From Botryllus schlosseri (Eukaryota), in the NCBI GenBank assembly GCA_051294905.1, contig CM119371.1:18602001-18666000 (forward strand): a stretch of 64,000 nucleotides of DNA, written 5' to 3'. The first letter of the stretch is position 1. Each line of letters starts with the position of its first letter. A program made the translations under genes and the position numbers. Below are positions 1-11,756 of the stretch, in pieces. A model generated the notes under the pieces. That model had not been told where the DNA came from, did not search any database, and worked only from the letters and a program-made list of their open reading frames with translations.

Positions 1-933
1 ACCCGCGTTGAAGAATTCAACCTGAGTAATTGCAAGATGCTTTCATTGCAAATCAGGAATTTTACCGAAGAGATGGGGAAGCGATGCGCTACAGTAAGTT
101 ATTTCCTGCTCTCTCGTGGTTCTCAATAAAGCAATGTAGTTCAGATTTCGTTTATGAAATTGATCTAAACCGCCTAATAATCAATTATTCAATGAACAGC
201 TAAAGGTATTCGACCTCAGTGACAGCGATAGAACAAGAATCGACGAGGAATATGTGACTACCATTCAGAGCTTCGTGAAATATCATCCTGAATGTCGCCA
301 ACACAAACCGATCTTACCGCGCTTGAATGGCGTAGACAGGAACACTTTAAGGAAACAATTGCATTCGTCCGGTAAGACGATATTTCCGCGTAAACACGCA
401 TCTATACATTGGGATTTGGCCCCCTTATTCCTTCACTTCATATTACTTATCGTGTTCGCTACGTCTTGGTAAAAGTGTAGGTAATTACATAACACTACAG
501 GTTAACCCAGGTAAATGTAACTTGGCTCACTTGCATGTATTGAAGTTTAGAATCCCCGTGAAATTAATCACTGAGCAAAGTATTCTTCGTAAATAACAAC
601 AAAATAGCAACATTTATATCTGATCCATATACACAATATTTATAGAACACGATATTTGGTCGTGGAGAACCAACGATATTTGGCATAGAAAGATGGATAA
701 TTTTGAGCTGTCATAAGTCCCTGTCGCAACTATGGTCGGAATTGGGTCGAATATGACCTGCGGCGTTTTCTAGGTAACCTAACAATTCCCTTACGCAGCT
801 GGATAAATTTGAAGAATAGAAATGTTCCAGATAAAGACGGTTTTATGGATTAATCTTTCATGTAATCTCAGAAGAAACTGCATCCGTCCTGCAGTATTTA
901 TTGATGTAATGAAACGGCGAAGAAATATATTAT

Positions 934-1813
934 TTAAAAAATATTACATGATGTATGGCAAAGGAGTATCCATGATCTTGTTATTGCCATTGCAATAGAC
1001 GTCAGTCCAATTCCGACAAACATGAGCCTCTTCCAAACTTTGCTATCATCGAAAGCTGCGTTATCAAAAAATCCTACAAAACTGTCCTGAAACAAAAAAA
1101 AATGTAAGGGTTCCTAATCTTGCAGAGGAAAGTCACCGTACTTGCTAGGTAATTCAAAGCTCGGAGCGCTTGGTCTGTAAATTTCTGTGCCTTATGACAA
1201 AATGTGAATTGAAAACCGAATTGTGAAGTGCAAGCTAAGTTTCATTATCGATAGATGGTATTGGCTCTCGAGAGCAGATACACAGTACCTCAAGCTAAAC
1301 GATAATTCCCAAATCCTTATCAGGGCATGCAAAATCGCTTACTCATCCTCCATTTTCCCCTATCCACTTTCGTCTTCTTCTACCGATGTAATTCCCGACT
1401 GACTGTATGATACCTTCTATATTATCACCGTGATGCTCTTCCTCGTTTTTGCGAGCAAGAATGCTACCCAGCACAAACACAGATACAATCCGACCCCAAT
1501 TTTCTTGGGTATCTTTAAAAATTTCATCAGCTATCATCAGAAACATCCGCTCATCCGCAGAATATTTTTCATATTTTTCATCGACTTCAACAATAGTGTA
1601 TCGGAGACGTTTAGAGATTGCGTTTACGACAGTTCGATGTCGCTCGAACATTTCATCACCAACTCGCCGTAAGGTTGCCTCCGCATTCGTATTTGCTTTA
1701 ACGCTTGGTCCGTCTAGTTCGTACATGATAAAATTCCTGGCCAAGGAATATGCCCCGGATATAATATCATCCTTTTCTTCAGTGACCGATGGTGAAACTC
1801 GTAATAATTCCAT
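934..1813 (-). CDS. Bcl-2 family (Mcl-1/Bcl-2-like) gene, 2 exons (1813-1343 and 1086-934), with in-frame TGA at the BH2 Trp
   Basis: Exon 1 has BH3-like LRRVGDEM, BH1 NWGRIVSVFVLG and BH2 start WIGENGG. A GT..AG intron spans 1342-1087 (gtaagc ... ttttgtttcag). Exon 2 translates DSFVGFFDNAAFDDSKVWKRLMFVGIGLTSIAMAITRSWILLCHTSCNIF*, i.e. the BH2 end plus a hydrophobic tail. The last codon of exon 1 is TGA rather than TGG. Confidence 0.9.
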
Positions 1814-1923
1814 GGTTTGAAGATAACAGCGAGTCAGAGCTCATTCAGATATCTAAGCTAAGCTACTTTGAAAATCAGGATCCAAGGATTTGCTAATTCA
1901 TTATTATGAGACACTGGTGATGG

Positions 1924-2296
1924 GGTTGAAATTACGAATTAGAACATATTCTCTGGTAACCGCAAAGAAAATATTGCCTGTTTCATAATACATACCACAT
2001 TAATGATATTTTTATGTTTCCCAGACCTTGCATGATAATGTTTCGGATTAATTACTATTCAAGGAAAATTCATTAAGAGATTTACGTTATTTTGAAACTA
2101 GCATCAAAGTATTTGTTTATTTATTTTTATGAAAAAACTACCAATGCGGTTGAAATTACGAATTGGAAACTAATTGCGGTCTACCGCAAATACAATATTT
2201 CCAGTTTCATAATACATACACCATTGATGATATTTTTATGTTTCTTCAACATTATCTATTTATCATAATGTTTCGGATTGATTACTATTCCGGGGA
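1924..2296. repeat. Diverged local direct duplication (~150-bp unit) upstream of the Bcl-2-like gene
   Basis: ggttgaaattacgaatt...ttcataatacatac...atgatattttttatgtttc...cataatgtttcggatt..attactattc occurs at ~1924-2070 and ~2148-2296. Confidence 0.7.
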
Positions 2297-2991
2297 AATG
2301 GCTACCAAATTTCGTATCGGTCATATAACTATATTACTGTAATTTCAGTGCTCGCTAATTAAATTTTACAACTCGACTCGAATCATTATGACAAACATAG
2401 TCGATTCGGATTTCAGCACTCGAATTAGTGCACTAGGCGCATCGAAGAAATATCGACTCCTTGAATATCCAATTCTAAATGGTCACTATGGCCAATGTCA
2501 GAGCAAATTTCATGTATAGCAATGTGAATATTATGAATATTATTCGTTTTTCAGGGATATTCAATATCGCCATTCGGAAGGGATCAGATAACGTGTTGTT
2601 ATTTAGGTTTTAGGCAAAACTGGGTCCGTAATACTTATTTTCTAATCATCTTACAATCGCTACTTCTCTTACTTGAGTAGAAGTTTACTATGTCATGATA
2701 GTTAAATGTTGATAAGTACTTTTTCAACGACCTTGATGAAAGGTAGCAGTTTATTCTAAATTGTAGGCTACTATGAATTTTCGCGATGCTGAATGGCTAT
2801 TGCAAGGAAAACATGACTAAATAAATCGAAAAATATTGCAAAGTTAGGCTATGCGATATTAGAGTTCTAAAAATTACCCTCGACATGAGCCCGTATGTTG
2901 GATTTATCGAAAGTAAACGAATGTCATTTCTCACTACTATCGCCAGCGCAATGCCGAGTAACGTTTTACTCGGTCGGAAATAGCTATATAC

Positions 2992-5044
2992 CAGGGTTGT
3001 AATGACTCGAGTCATGACTCGACTCGAGTCGGACTCGAGTCACGATTTTTTTATGACTCGACTTGACTCGAGTCATTTTCTTGAAATGGGAAAATGACTC
3101 GACTCGACTCGAGTCAATATTTGGATTGACTCGACTTGTACTCGAGTCATTACGCATGACTCGACCCAAGTCATTGACTCGGCTTATTTTATATGACTTG
3201 AAGATGAAGAAATTTGCGAATCATAATGGCTAGATCAACGCATCCGACGAATTCTGCCGACATCGCTATTTGTCACCACTGCTTTCGTTGCACTTGTCTG
3301 ATATCAGATATGCCGACGTAAAAACAACAGAAAATGATACATAGTAGCAATGCATTGTACAAAATCGTCCAGTGATGAAGAGGTAATAGATCAACCGCAA
3401 TTAAAGTACTCAAGACTTTTCAATTATGCAAGCAAATAATTGAATCAAAGTTCAATTAGAACCAATGAAATGACTCAGATGGTGAAGAGACTGATAAGCT
3501 CATGTGTAGACTTGAAGGCGATGATTCTTTGCATTTTTGGGCGACTAGAAAGAATGAGTATTCAATGCTCTTCAGTGTGGTTCAAAAATGCTTATCAATT
3601 CCTGCATCTAGTGCACTAGTGGAACGTGTATTCAGTAGATGTGGATTCATTCTACGGCCATGCCGCTTTAACATATTTGAGGATCTCCTTTCCACATTAG
3701 TATTTTTGAGGTGTAACTCATTGATTTGATCTGCTGTCTGTGAAAACACACAATGCCCCTCGTCCATTTGACGTTTTGTTAGGTATGTGCATTGTGCACG
3801 TGAGTAATAATGAATGGCTAATGTTGTGTGATGTTTGTACAATATGCCTGTTCTAAAATAACTTCTTTTTTATTTTACTGGCTGGTTACATGATAAAATT
3901 GTTAAGTTGCATAAAAGGAACACTGAATCTGGCTTAATTTGAAAAAAATGGAATCATTGATGTGAGAGGAGAATATTTTGGATTTGAAAATAAATGGAGT
4001 ATTTTAGTGAGAAATTCTTTCATATAATATAATTACATAGTAGTAAGCCAACTATTTTTTCATATCCAAAACATTCTACTCTAATAACTTCACTTTTTCT
4101 AGTTGGAATTGAGTCAAATTTGCTATGAATCATATTTTTACACAATGTAACAATATCATAAAATAGCCGGTAAAATTCGAAAATCTCTATTTGTAATTAG
4201 TCTAAAATTTTCTTTCATAGCATTGCTTTCTACTGGTTGGAATTGAGCCAAATTTGATTTTTTAGGCATTCTAGCAATTTTAAGAAGTAGCCGGAAAATT
4301 TGAAAAAATGTTTTTGAACAGCCCCATTGTACAATTATTTCTCCAATGCTGTAACTGCGATGTAGTCTGTAAAGCAATTGGGAAAACCTTTAGTATAATC
4401 AAAAGGTATCTGTTCTGTTGTCACTGCACAATGCACATAGTTGCATGCACGCTTTTACAGCATGCTGGCCTGTTGTAAATACCTCTACATAAACATGCAT
4501 TTATTGATTATCTATCAACTAGTATCTTGACGTGAATTTGTTGGTTCTCTATCAGATAGTATGTAGACGTGAATTCGTTGGTTCTCTATCAGCTATTCGC
4601 GAGCTATCGTCCATGTGTTCATAATAAAAACTGAATGCTTGTATTGGTGATGTATCAGACTGACAAGAGAGATATTTGATTTTAAGTTCTAAGATTAGTA
4701 AAGTTATCTTTAGCATCGGTAAATGAGGCCAGGACCTGTCCGTTATCTGCCTAAATAAACACGTGCCAAGACTCTGATATTGACAAAATGAGCATGTTTC
4801 GCAAACAGGGAATTCGATATCACCCAGGCAGGATAGAAAACATGAGTTGAACATGACTTCAATACTGTGACTTGGACTCGACTCGAGTCATAACACCATG
4901 ACTCGGACTTGACCCTTTAAACGGTGACTTGGACTCGGACTCGAGTCTGTGATGAATTGAAAATGACTCGACTCGACTCGAGTCAAAACCACAAAAGTAT
5001 GATTGACTCGTGACTCGGAACCATGTGACTTGGTTACAACCCTG
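2992..5044 (+). mobile_element. Non-autonomous hAT element with GACTCGAGTC-rich subterminal repeats
   Basis: Termini CAGGGTTGTAA...TTACAACCCTG, GACTC/GAGTC arrays at both ends, internal hAT transposase remnant. No clean TSD seen. Confidence 0.8.
3502..3729 (+). pseudogene. hAT transposase C-terminal dimerisation domain remnant
   Basis: L.FW...YS.L...LSIPASSALVERVFSRCG.IL.P.R...LSTLVFLRCN matches the hATC motif. Confidence 0.85.
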
Positions 5045-6823
5045 CACTTCTACTTTAATTGAAAGGAATTATCGGACATCGTAGCTTCATGTCCTGTTCA
5101 TATTGCATGCTGTTCATTTATTTCGAGAGGTCGCGATTGGTCACCCATTTTGTGTTACTGAAGAAGTTGCTAACGAAAGGGGCTCGATAACGATTTACTC
5201 CCGCATTTATCAAAATATACTCTGGTAGGGCTTGCCTACCAACGGAACTCACTTGAAAGATTATGATTAAAACCAGGGATGAGCAAACTACGGTTAGCGG
5301 ATCGCATGCGGACAACATTTTAGTGGCTCACGATAGCATCAAGATATATTTGTAGATATGGACGAAATGTATTCAAGAAATATATAAGTAGTTAGATAAA
5401 TGTGCACGACGCGCCCATTCGCGATTTATAAAGAACAAACAAAGATTATCAAGATAAAAGATAGTGAAAGAATTAGCTCATTCTCATTTTTGCAGCAATA
5501 CTCGAGGGGATTTCCCTTCTGACTGTGCGGCAATTAAAAAAGGGGGATTGACTGAGAGAAAACGAACAAAGAATCTGGATTGACCTTTGTACTGGAGTCA
5601 TTCTACTTGTACTTTTTCCACTCCTGATTCTACCTCGCCTGACTTCTGGACACGAGACTTGCGTATTGGGTATTTATTATATTTTCCCACGTATTTGATA
5701 GTATTTATTATATTTTCCCATGAATAGCAATGGCTCGGTTTTTAATTTCCACTCCTGATTTTACCTCGCTTGATCTCTGAACACGAGACTTGTATATTTA
5801 GTATTTTTTTAATGAGGCTTGATAATAGCCACCTGTCGTGACCTATCGGTCCGTGGCCAATCCGAGGACGAGTCTTGGAAATAATTGCCCCTCAAATCCC
5901 CCTCGGATGACTTGTCGCTCCGCGTTTGATTCAATTTCGTGTACGGGGAGGTCATAATTACCGGTCGTGACGTCAGTGTAGTTTTCTCCTGATCCGTTAG
6001 ATTCTGGTGCGTGTTTTAGGTGTCCATACGTCCGGCTGTGTAAAGTGACGCTTGTGGTCTGTCTCATACTGTCGTACTTGTCCGCCTTTTGCTGTTTTGT
6101 TGACTTAAATAGTGAGGAGAAATGATCTGTTATGATTATAAATATGTGTGTCATTTCGAGTCATACCGAGAATCAGATTTGGTAGAAATTTGTATTAGGC
6201 GCCCCGACATGGATTGACTTAAATAAAGCAGGATTATGAAAATAATAAGTAATTAAACAAATAGCTGATCCTCAATTCATCAACGTGTTAACTTCCGGCA
6301 TTACGTACCTAGTAATCGGTGCAAGCAACAACTGCTGTTCCATACTTATACCGCGTTCTAGCGTCTTAGGACAGACAGTCCCAACCAAACAATGTATTTA
6401 TGATGGGTTCTTTTACTGCTTCACGTCTGGTCAAGCGTAATCGGGCCGGTGTCTGTAAATAACATACAATTTACCGCGGCATATTAATTTTGTATGTTGT
6501 ACATGATGTACATTGCACAACTTGAATCGATCTGTTGGCGAACGAATGCTTTGCCCGTCTGTAACATACACATATCGATCACGAGCTCACCACGCAGTTG
6601 TCGTTCGAGGGCGACTCATTTCGCTGCAGACAATCACTTGTGTCCGCGTGCCCCGTAAAAAAATCCTCAACACCTCCACACATATTTACAATATCATACT
6701 ACGGGTATATTGCTTCGGCAGCCACGCACTATCGCTCGAAGTCGACAAATTTCGCTGCAGACAATCAGTTGTGTTCGCGTATGTGTCGTAAATATATCCT
6801 CAACACATTTTATGCCAACACCT

Positions 6824-8457
6824 GGTGTAGGAAATGGGGATTCGTCCTCTCAAAAACGAAGTCTGTGGCAATGCTCTTCACCAGGAAAAGAAAGATTCCC
6901 GATGTGTACTTGCACATTGACGGAAATCGAATCACCCTCGTTGACAACTTCAAGTATCTTGGTATTACTTTTGATAAGTTGTTGACATATAAAACACACA
7001 TTGACAACGTCGCGAAAAAATGCTCCAGAAGAATGGGATTACTTCGTGTCGTCACAAACACCGCATGGGGTGCTAATAAACACGCACTCCTACAGTTATA
7101 CAGATCTCTTATCAGATCCGTCATCGACTATGGTATGCCAGCATACTTTTTCACATCGAAGTATAACACTCACAAATTAGGGCTCATACAGAACCAAGCT
7201 TTACGTTTGTGTTGCGGAGCAATGCGGAGTACACCCATATGTGCTTTGCAAGCCGCATGTAACGAGCCGCCTCTCCACATTCGACACAAATATTTGTGTA
7301 TGAATTATCGGTGCCATTTGCTTGGTCAGGAATACAACCAACACCCATCAACTGAACTACTAACTGATACATGGCATGAAATTTACTCCTTGATAAGACC
7401 AAACTTCAAGACGTTCAATACCCTGTCAAAATCCCCTATTCTGGAACGGTTGGTGGTGGAAAAAGAACGAATTCAGTGCGTGGCACCCTGGACAGTTCCA
7501 CCCCCCACGGTCGACAGATCATTACTTGGGCTTATACGAAAGGGGGACTCGCCGATCTCAGTGAACTCGTGTTTCAGAGATTACCTTTTCGAGTGCCACG
7601 ACCAAGCCGTCGAGATCTACACAGACGGTTCTAAGACGGATACAGCAACGGCTTTCGCGATTTACATACCATCTCAGTCAGTCCGACTTAGCCAGATCTG
7701 CCCGAGTTTATTTTCCGTTTTCCAAGTGGAGATGCTAGCTATCGCTAATGCCCTATCGTGGATAATCAATCATGGCAGACGAACCGATAAATATGTTATT
7801 CTGACAGATTGTCTTAGTGTTCTGAACACGATCGCCACCCCGAACCGCACACCGAGCAGAACTTTCAATAAGATTTTTCCTCTCTTCCTGCAGATGGCAG
7901 GGATGGGGATGGACGTTGCCTTCTCCTGGGTTCCAGGACATAGTGGCATTCCCGGGAATGAGGTTGCAGATGAACTTGCACGTTCCACCGCCTCTTTCGC
8001 ATTTGACAGTCAGGGAATACCTCAAATTACCTATAGAGATGTCAAGAACGAAGTACGCAAATACGTCCGGACTGAGTGGCAGACCGAGTACCGCTCAACA
8101 GAGACGGGAAACCACTACAAACGTTTCCACCAAACGGTACAAACAACGTTTCCGTCGATGCACAGATCGCGTTTGTATGAAACGATAATATTCCGTCTCC
8201 GGTCCGGCCATTGTCGCCTAAAAGGGCATTTATTTAAAATAGGCTGCATCGACACGCCCTTGTGTGACTTATGCCTCGTACCGGAGAATGTGGATCACTT
8301 CCTCCTCGTATGCCCAAAATACGATTGGCACCGAGCATACTTGATTCATTCCTGCTTGAACTTGAAAGTTGAGTTCACTACATATAACCTTCTCGTACGA
8401 CCAGAACTTCTCTCGCCTCTCGTCGAGTTCGTCCTGGCCAGCAATGTTTTGATTTGA
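6824..8457 (+). CDS. LINE ORF2 C-terminal part: RT thumb, RNase H and C-terminal zinc knuckle
   Basis: FKYLGITFD; RNase H motifs IYTDGS, EMLAI..AL, ILTDC.S, WVPGHSGIPGNEVADELA; RLRSGH...CDLC...E.VDHFLLVC. The N-terminal part of ORF 6598-8457 is flanking arm sequence. Confidence 0.9.
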
Positions 8458-8580
8458 CAAATTTTCTTCAAGGTACACGATTTGCGACAGGTAATACGAC
8501 AATTCTGTCGTGGCGCACCAGACCGATAAGGTGACAAGCGCCACAATGTCCCTTTTTCAAAATTAATAATAATAATAATA
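6824..8580 (+). mobile_element. 5'-truncated LINE of the I group (I/Nimb-like), inserted in the left arm only
   Basis: 12-bp TSD ATGCCAACACCT (6812-6823 and 8581-8592) and a (TAA)n 3' tail. The empty site is visible in the right arm near 24706-24718. Confidence 0.93.
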
Positions 8581-10577
8581 ATGCCAACACCTCCAAGCAT
8601 ATTTGCGGCATCATATATCCTCAGCACATGTTATGCCAACACCCCCAAGCATATTTGCGGCATCATACTACGGATATATGGATTCGGGGGGAGTGTTACC
8701 GTCAGAGAATTGCTGTGTCACGCCTTTGAGCCTTGCATTTTCCTCTCGGTAACTGCGAGTACGATGTCAGATTCAATTGTACAGTGACGAATCTGGGATA
8801 GCTCGCTTTAGCGGGGTGGACCGACGTTATTTTGTTGAAACACGCTCGGTTGCGGTGGTGCAATAATGGGGGATAAATTGTGTCAGATCATACGAGATGC
8901 GATCTAGCCTACTTTCGGTGAGGTGTAAAGATGAGCGAGAGATTTCGAATTCTGACTCCACCCCGACTCGGGTTGCCAAATCAAAGTCCAGAAAATGTGG
9001 CTAGCACGTAAAGTCCTGTTATTTTCACATGTTGTGAGGACAAAATATAGTATAAATCCGACTTTCAAGGCCATTTGGTCGCATCCAATCTGGCTTCGCT
9101 GAAAACTGATGAAATCTGCGCCGGGTCCGGAGATGTTTCGTGACCTCCCCCCGTCCAGACAAGATTGTTCTGCTGTAATATAGGTGTCGTTGTATAATAA
9201 TTTACGTACAAGGAGACTTGGTATCGCTCCTTTGGCGGGATTCTGTTTGATTCGTCTATACAGGTGTTATTAGGGCGATCAGATTTGGTACCTCAAGGAG
9301 TATATTGGTAAAAATCGTGTCACGATGACAATAGCTTTACCGGTCAACATGCGGTCAACGGTCAACGACGCGGTGTGATGTACGTAAATCAGCTGTGATC
9401 AATCGAGCGTGACACAATCGCTGTCAGTCATCAATCTGCGACTTGACAAAACTCGCGTTTTCTGGTTGACAGCAACGCGATATATTTGATGTCCCCGTCG
9501 ACCCTCCTATTTTAATAGGGTTACCATGCGGCCTCATTTAGGGGAGCATATGTCCTTCATTTCCCAGTCACCCTTTCGCCAAAATGTACTCTCTTTCTGT
9601 CAATTTGCTCTCCTTGTTAGCTTAACATATCCAAAAAAAAACACCACGAGTAACGCAAAATGTGGGCCTAGATTACAAAAGTCGGGTATGTAGCCAAATC
9701 GGAAAAATGACGCTATGATGGTATTGTGCTGTCTATTACATGGATATACGTGCGGACCTGTGTAAACATGTGAATAGTAAAAGCGACTTAATCTACCGTT
9801 ACATGTAAAAAGATCGAGCGCAGTCGACCATGCCGGGGTATACCTACCTTAGTACAGCCAAATGATCCAACGTCGTACCGAGAATGGCCGGGGTGGTGGT
9901 ATATCATTCTCACGAGATGTACTTTGGAATGCGTGTGAAATCGACATCGCCCGTTACCCGACTGAAGCAAGTCGCCGCTGTAGTCCCTCTCTCTGTGTAT
10001 GCACAACGTGCTGAGAGCTGCAGATCCAGACGAAACTACGCATTCTGGCGAGGTTATCGAGATAGCCGGAGCGATTTACAACACATGCTACATTTACTTC
10101 AAAACGGAAAGACAAAATATAGCTTTGGAGTACTCAAGTAGTTTTTAAGAAATGTCGGTATCGTGAAATCGCCTTCTATCCTAATTATAAAAGAGTAGGT
10201 GCCCATAAAACTGTCGAGCGCAAGCACGTTGGTAACTGTGATAGTAGACAAAACTGACTCGAGTACCTCAGAAATAGTGCCTGTATTTCGTTGCTGGCCA
10301 CGCGCCTGCTTATTCACACCGACTGACTCGCGTAGTAAGCCACTGCGCCCCGTCATCTTCTTATTGCTCAAATAATATTACAATGAATATACACGAAATT
10401 GATTCTAATTTGTTGGTATTGTTATCAGCACAAAAGACACAGTTACATCAAATAATTTTACAATTCACGAAATCCATTCTCATTTGTCGGTAGTTTTATC
10501 AGCACAAAAGACACAGTTACACAAGTCTCGTAAATAGGTGTCGATACACTACAATCGTTTTATCGCCACTATTCAAC

Positions 10578-11756
10578 TCATAGCCCGATCACACGACTGA
10601 CGTTTCCGCAGATCAATTTTTGACGTTTGATCAACTCTTGCCTGGTTATGGGGTTTCTAATCACAGGGCGATTGAGATTCGGGTGTGTCTTTTCGATACG
10701 TTGCGCAAACTCGATACCTTTCGTTCGGAGTACGTATTCACACTGCGGAAACCATTTTGCATGTTCTGTCCAAACCTCGTCTTCACGGTCCCAACGAAGC
10801 CCGCCGTCACAGTAAAAACATTTGGTTCTGTCCGAATCAATGTAGTAAAACCCCGCTTTTGCTAACTGTTCAACACTAGCTCTAATTTTATTCGGTTCCC
10901 AGCCCTTGTCGAACGTTGCGATTCTTTTTGACAACGACGACATGAGAGGATTCACGGGGTTAAGACAAGGAAATAGTTGCTCAAGACATCGCTTTTCGTC
11001 CTCGGAGGGTTCCCGTGGTTCTTGCAGATGTAAAGTGAGACGTCGTATTTTGTCGCCGAGCAACTTATCCAAATTGTCTCGTTCGTGCTCGGTTAGCGCC
11101 ACATTCCCCGAATCGTCGCCACGTGCGAAACAACAACCCGGGTGATACGTCAAGTGTATTTCAGATACATCGTCTGTAGGCCTCCAATTGCGGAGAACGC
11201 CGGAGCAGTTGAAGCACTGCGTTCTGTCCAGGTCACCGAGGTAGAATAAACCTTGTTTTGCCAACTCGCCGACCGCCCGCGGTATGGGATAGCTGGGCCA
11301 TTTCTCAAAGGTTTCGCGACGCTTCGACTCCTTTCGCAAGTCGAGATTCCTAACCCGATACTCGTGCTCTTGATCAACGATATTCGCAAAGTTGATGTTG
11401 GCGTTTCCAACGGCTTTACACTGTCTCAATAAACTTTTGAAATTCGATTTCACAATAGGTATGTTCAACGCGTCTCGTACACAATTCGCGTCATGACGCC
11501 GTGCACTCGACCCGGTCCATCTTTCGAGGTATACACTGCATCCAAAGCATTTGATTTTGTCTTCAAATCCTAGCCAGTAGTATCCTTCAGATGCTAAATC
11601 GGTGCGTGTCGCGTATGATACTTTAGAGAATTTGGCGAACGTGGCGAGTCTGTACAATTCACTGCGGTGTGAACCGGAAGCGATATACACGCGTTTCTGT
11701 CCGGGTGGATCAGAGTATCTCTCCATTGACCTAATGCCAAGCTCTTTCATAAACAT
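10578..11756 (-). CDS. Inhibitor of apoptosis (IAP) protein, three BIR domains, no RING, intronless
   Basis: RLATF..LASEGYY..IKCFGC (BIR1, shortened); RRETFEKWP..LAKQGLFYLGDLDRTQCFNC-x16-H-x6-C (BIR2); RIATF..LAKAGFYY..DRTKCFYCDGGLRW..WTEHAKWFPQC (BIR3). First ATG at 11756; the ORF is open from 11804. Confidence 0.93.
   Translation of the reverse strand: MFMKELGIRSMERYSDPPGQKRVYIASGSHRSELYRLATFAKFSKVSYATRTDLASEGYYWLGFEDKIKCFGCSVYLERWTGSSARRHDANCVRDALNIPIVKSNFKSLLRQCKAVGNANINFANIVDQEHEYRVRNLDLRKESKRRETFEKWPSYPIPRAVGELAKQGLFYLGDLDRTQCFNCSGVLRNWRPTDDVSEIHLTYHPGCCFARGDDSGNVALTEHERDNLDKLLGDKIRRLTLHLQEPREPSEDEKRCLEQLFPCLNPVNPLMSSLSKRIATFDKGWEPNKIRASVEQLAKAGFYYIDSDRTKCFYCDGGLRWDREDEVWTEHAKWFPQCEYVLRTKGIEFAQRIEKTHPNLNRPVIRNPITRQELIKRQKLICGNVSRVIGL

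Noticed and set aside
6598..6823. N-terminal 75 aa of the 619-aa ORF as a real fusion to the LINE protein
   Set aside because: It is arm sequence upstream of the TSD that happens to be in frame; it starts at a non-ATG codon and lies in short tandem repeats.
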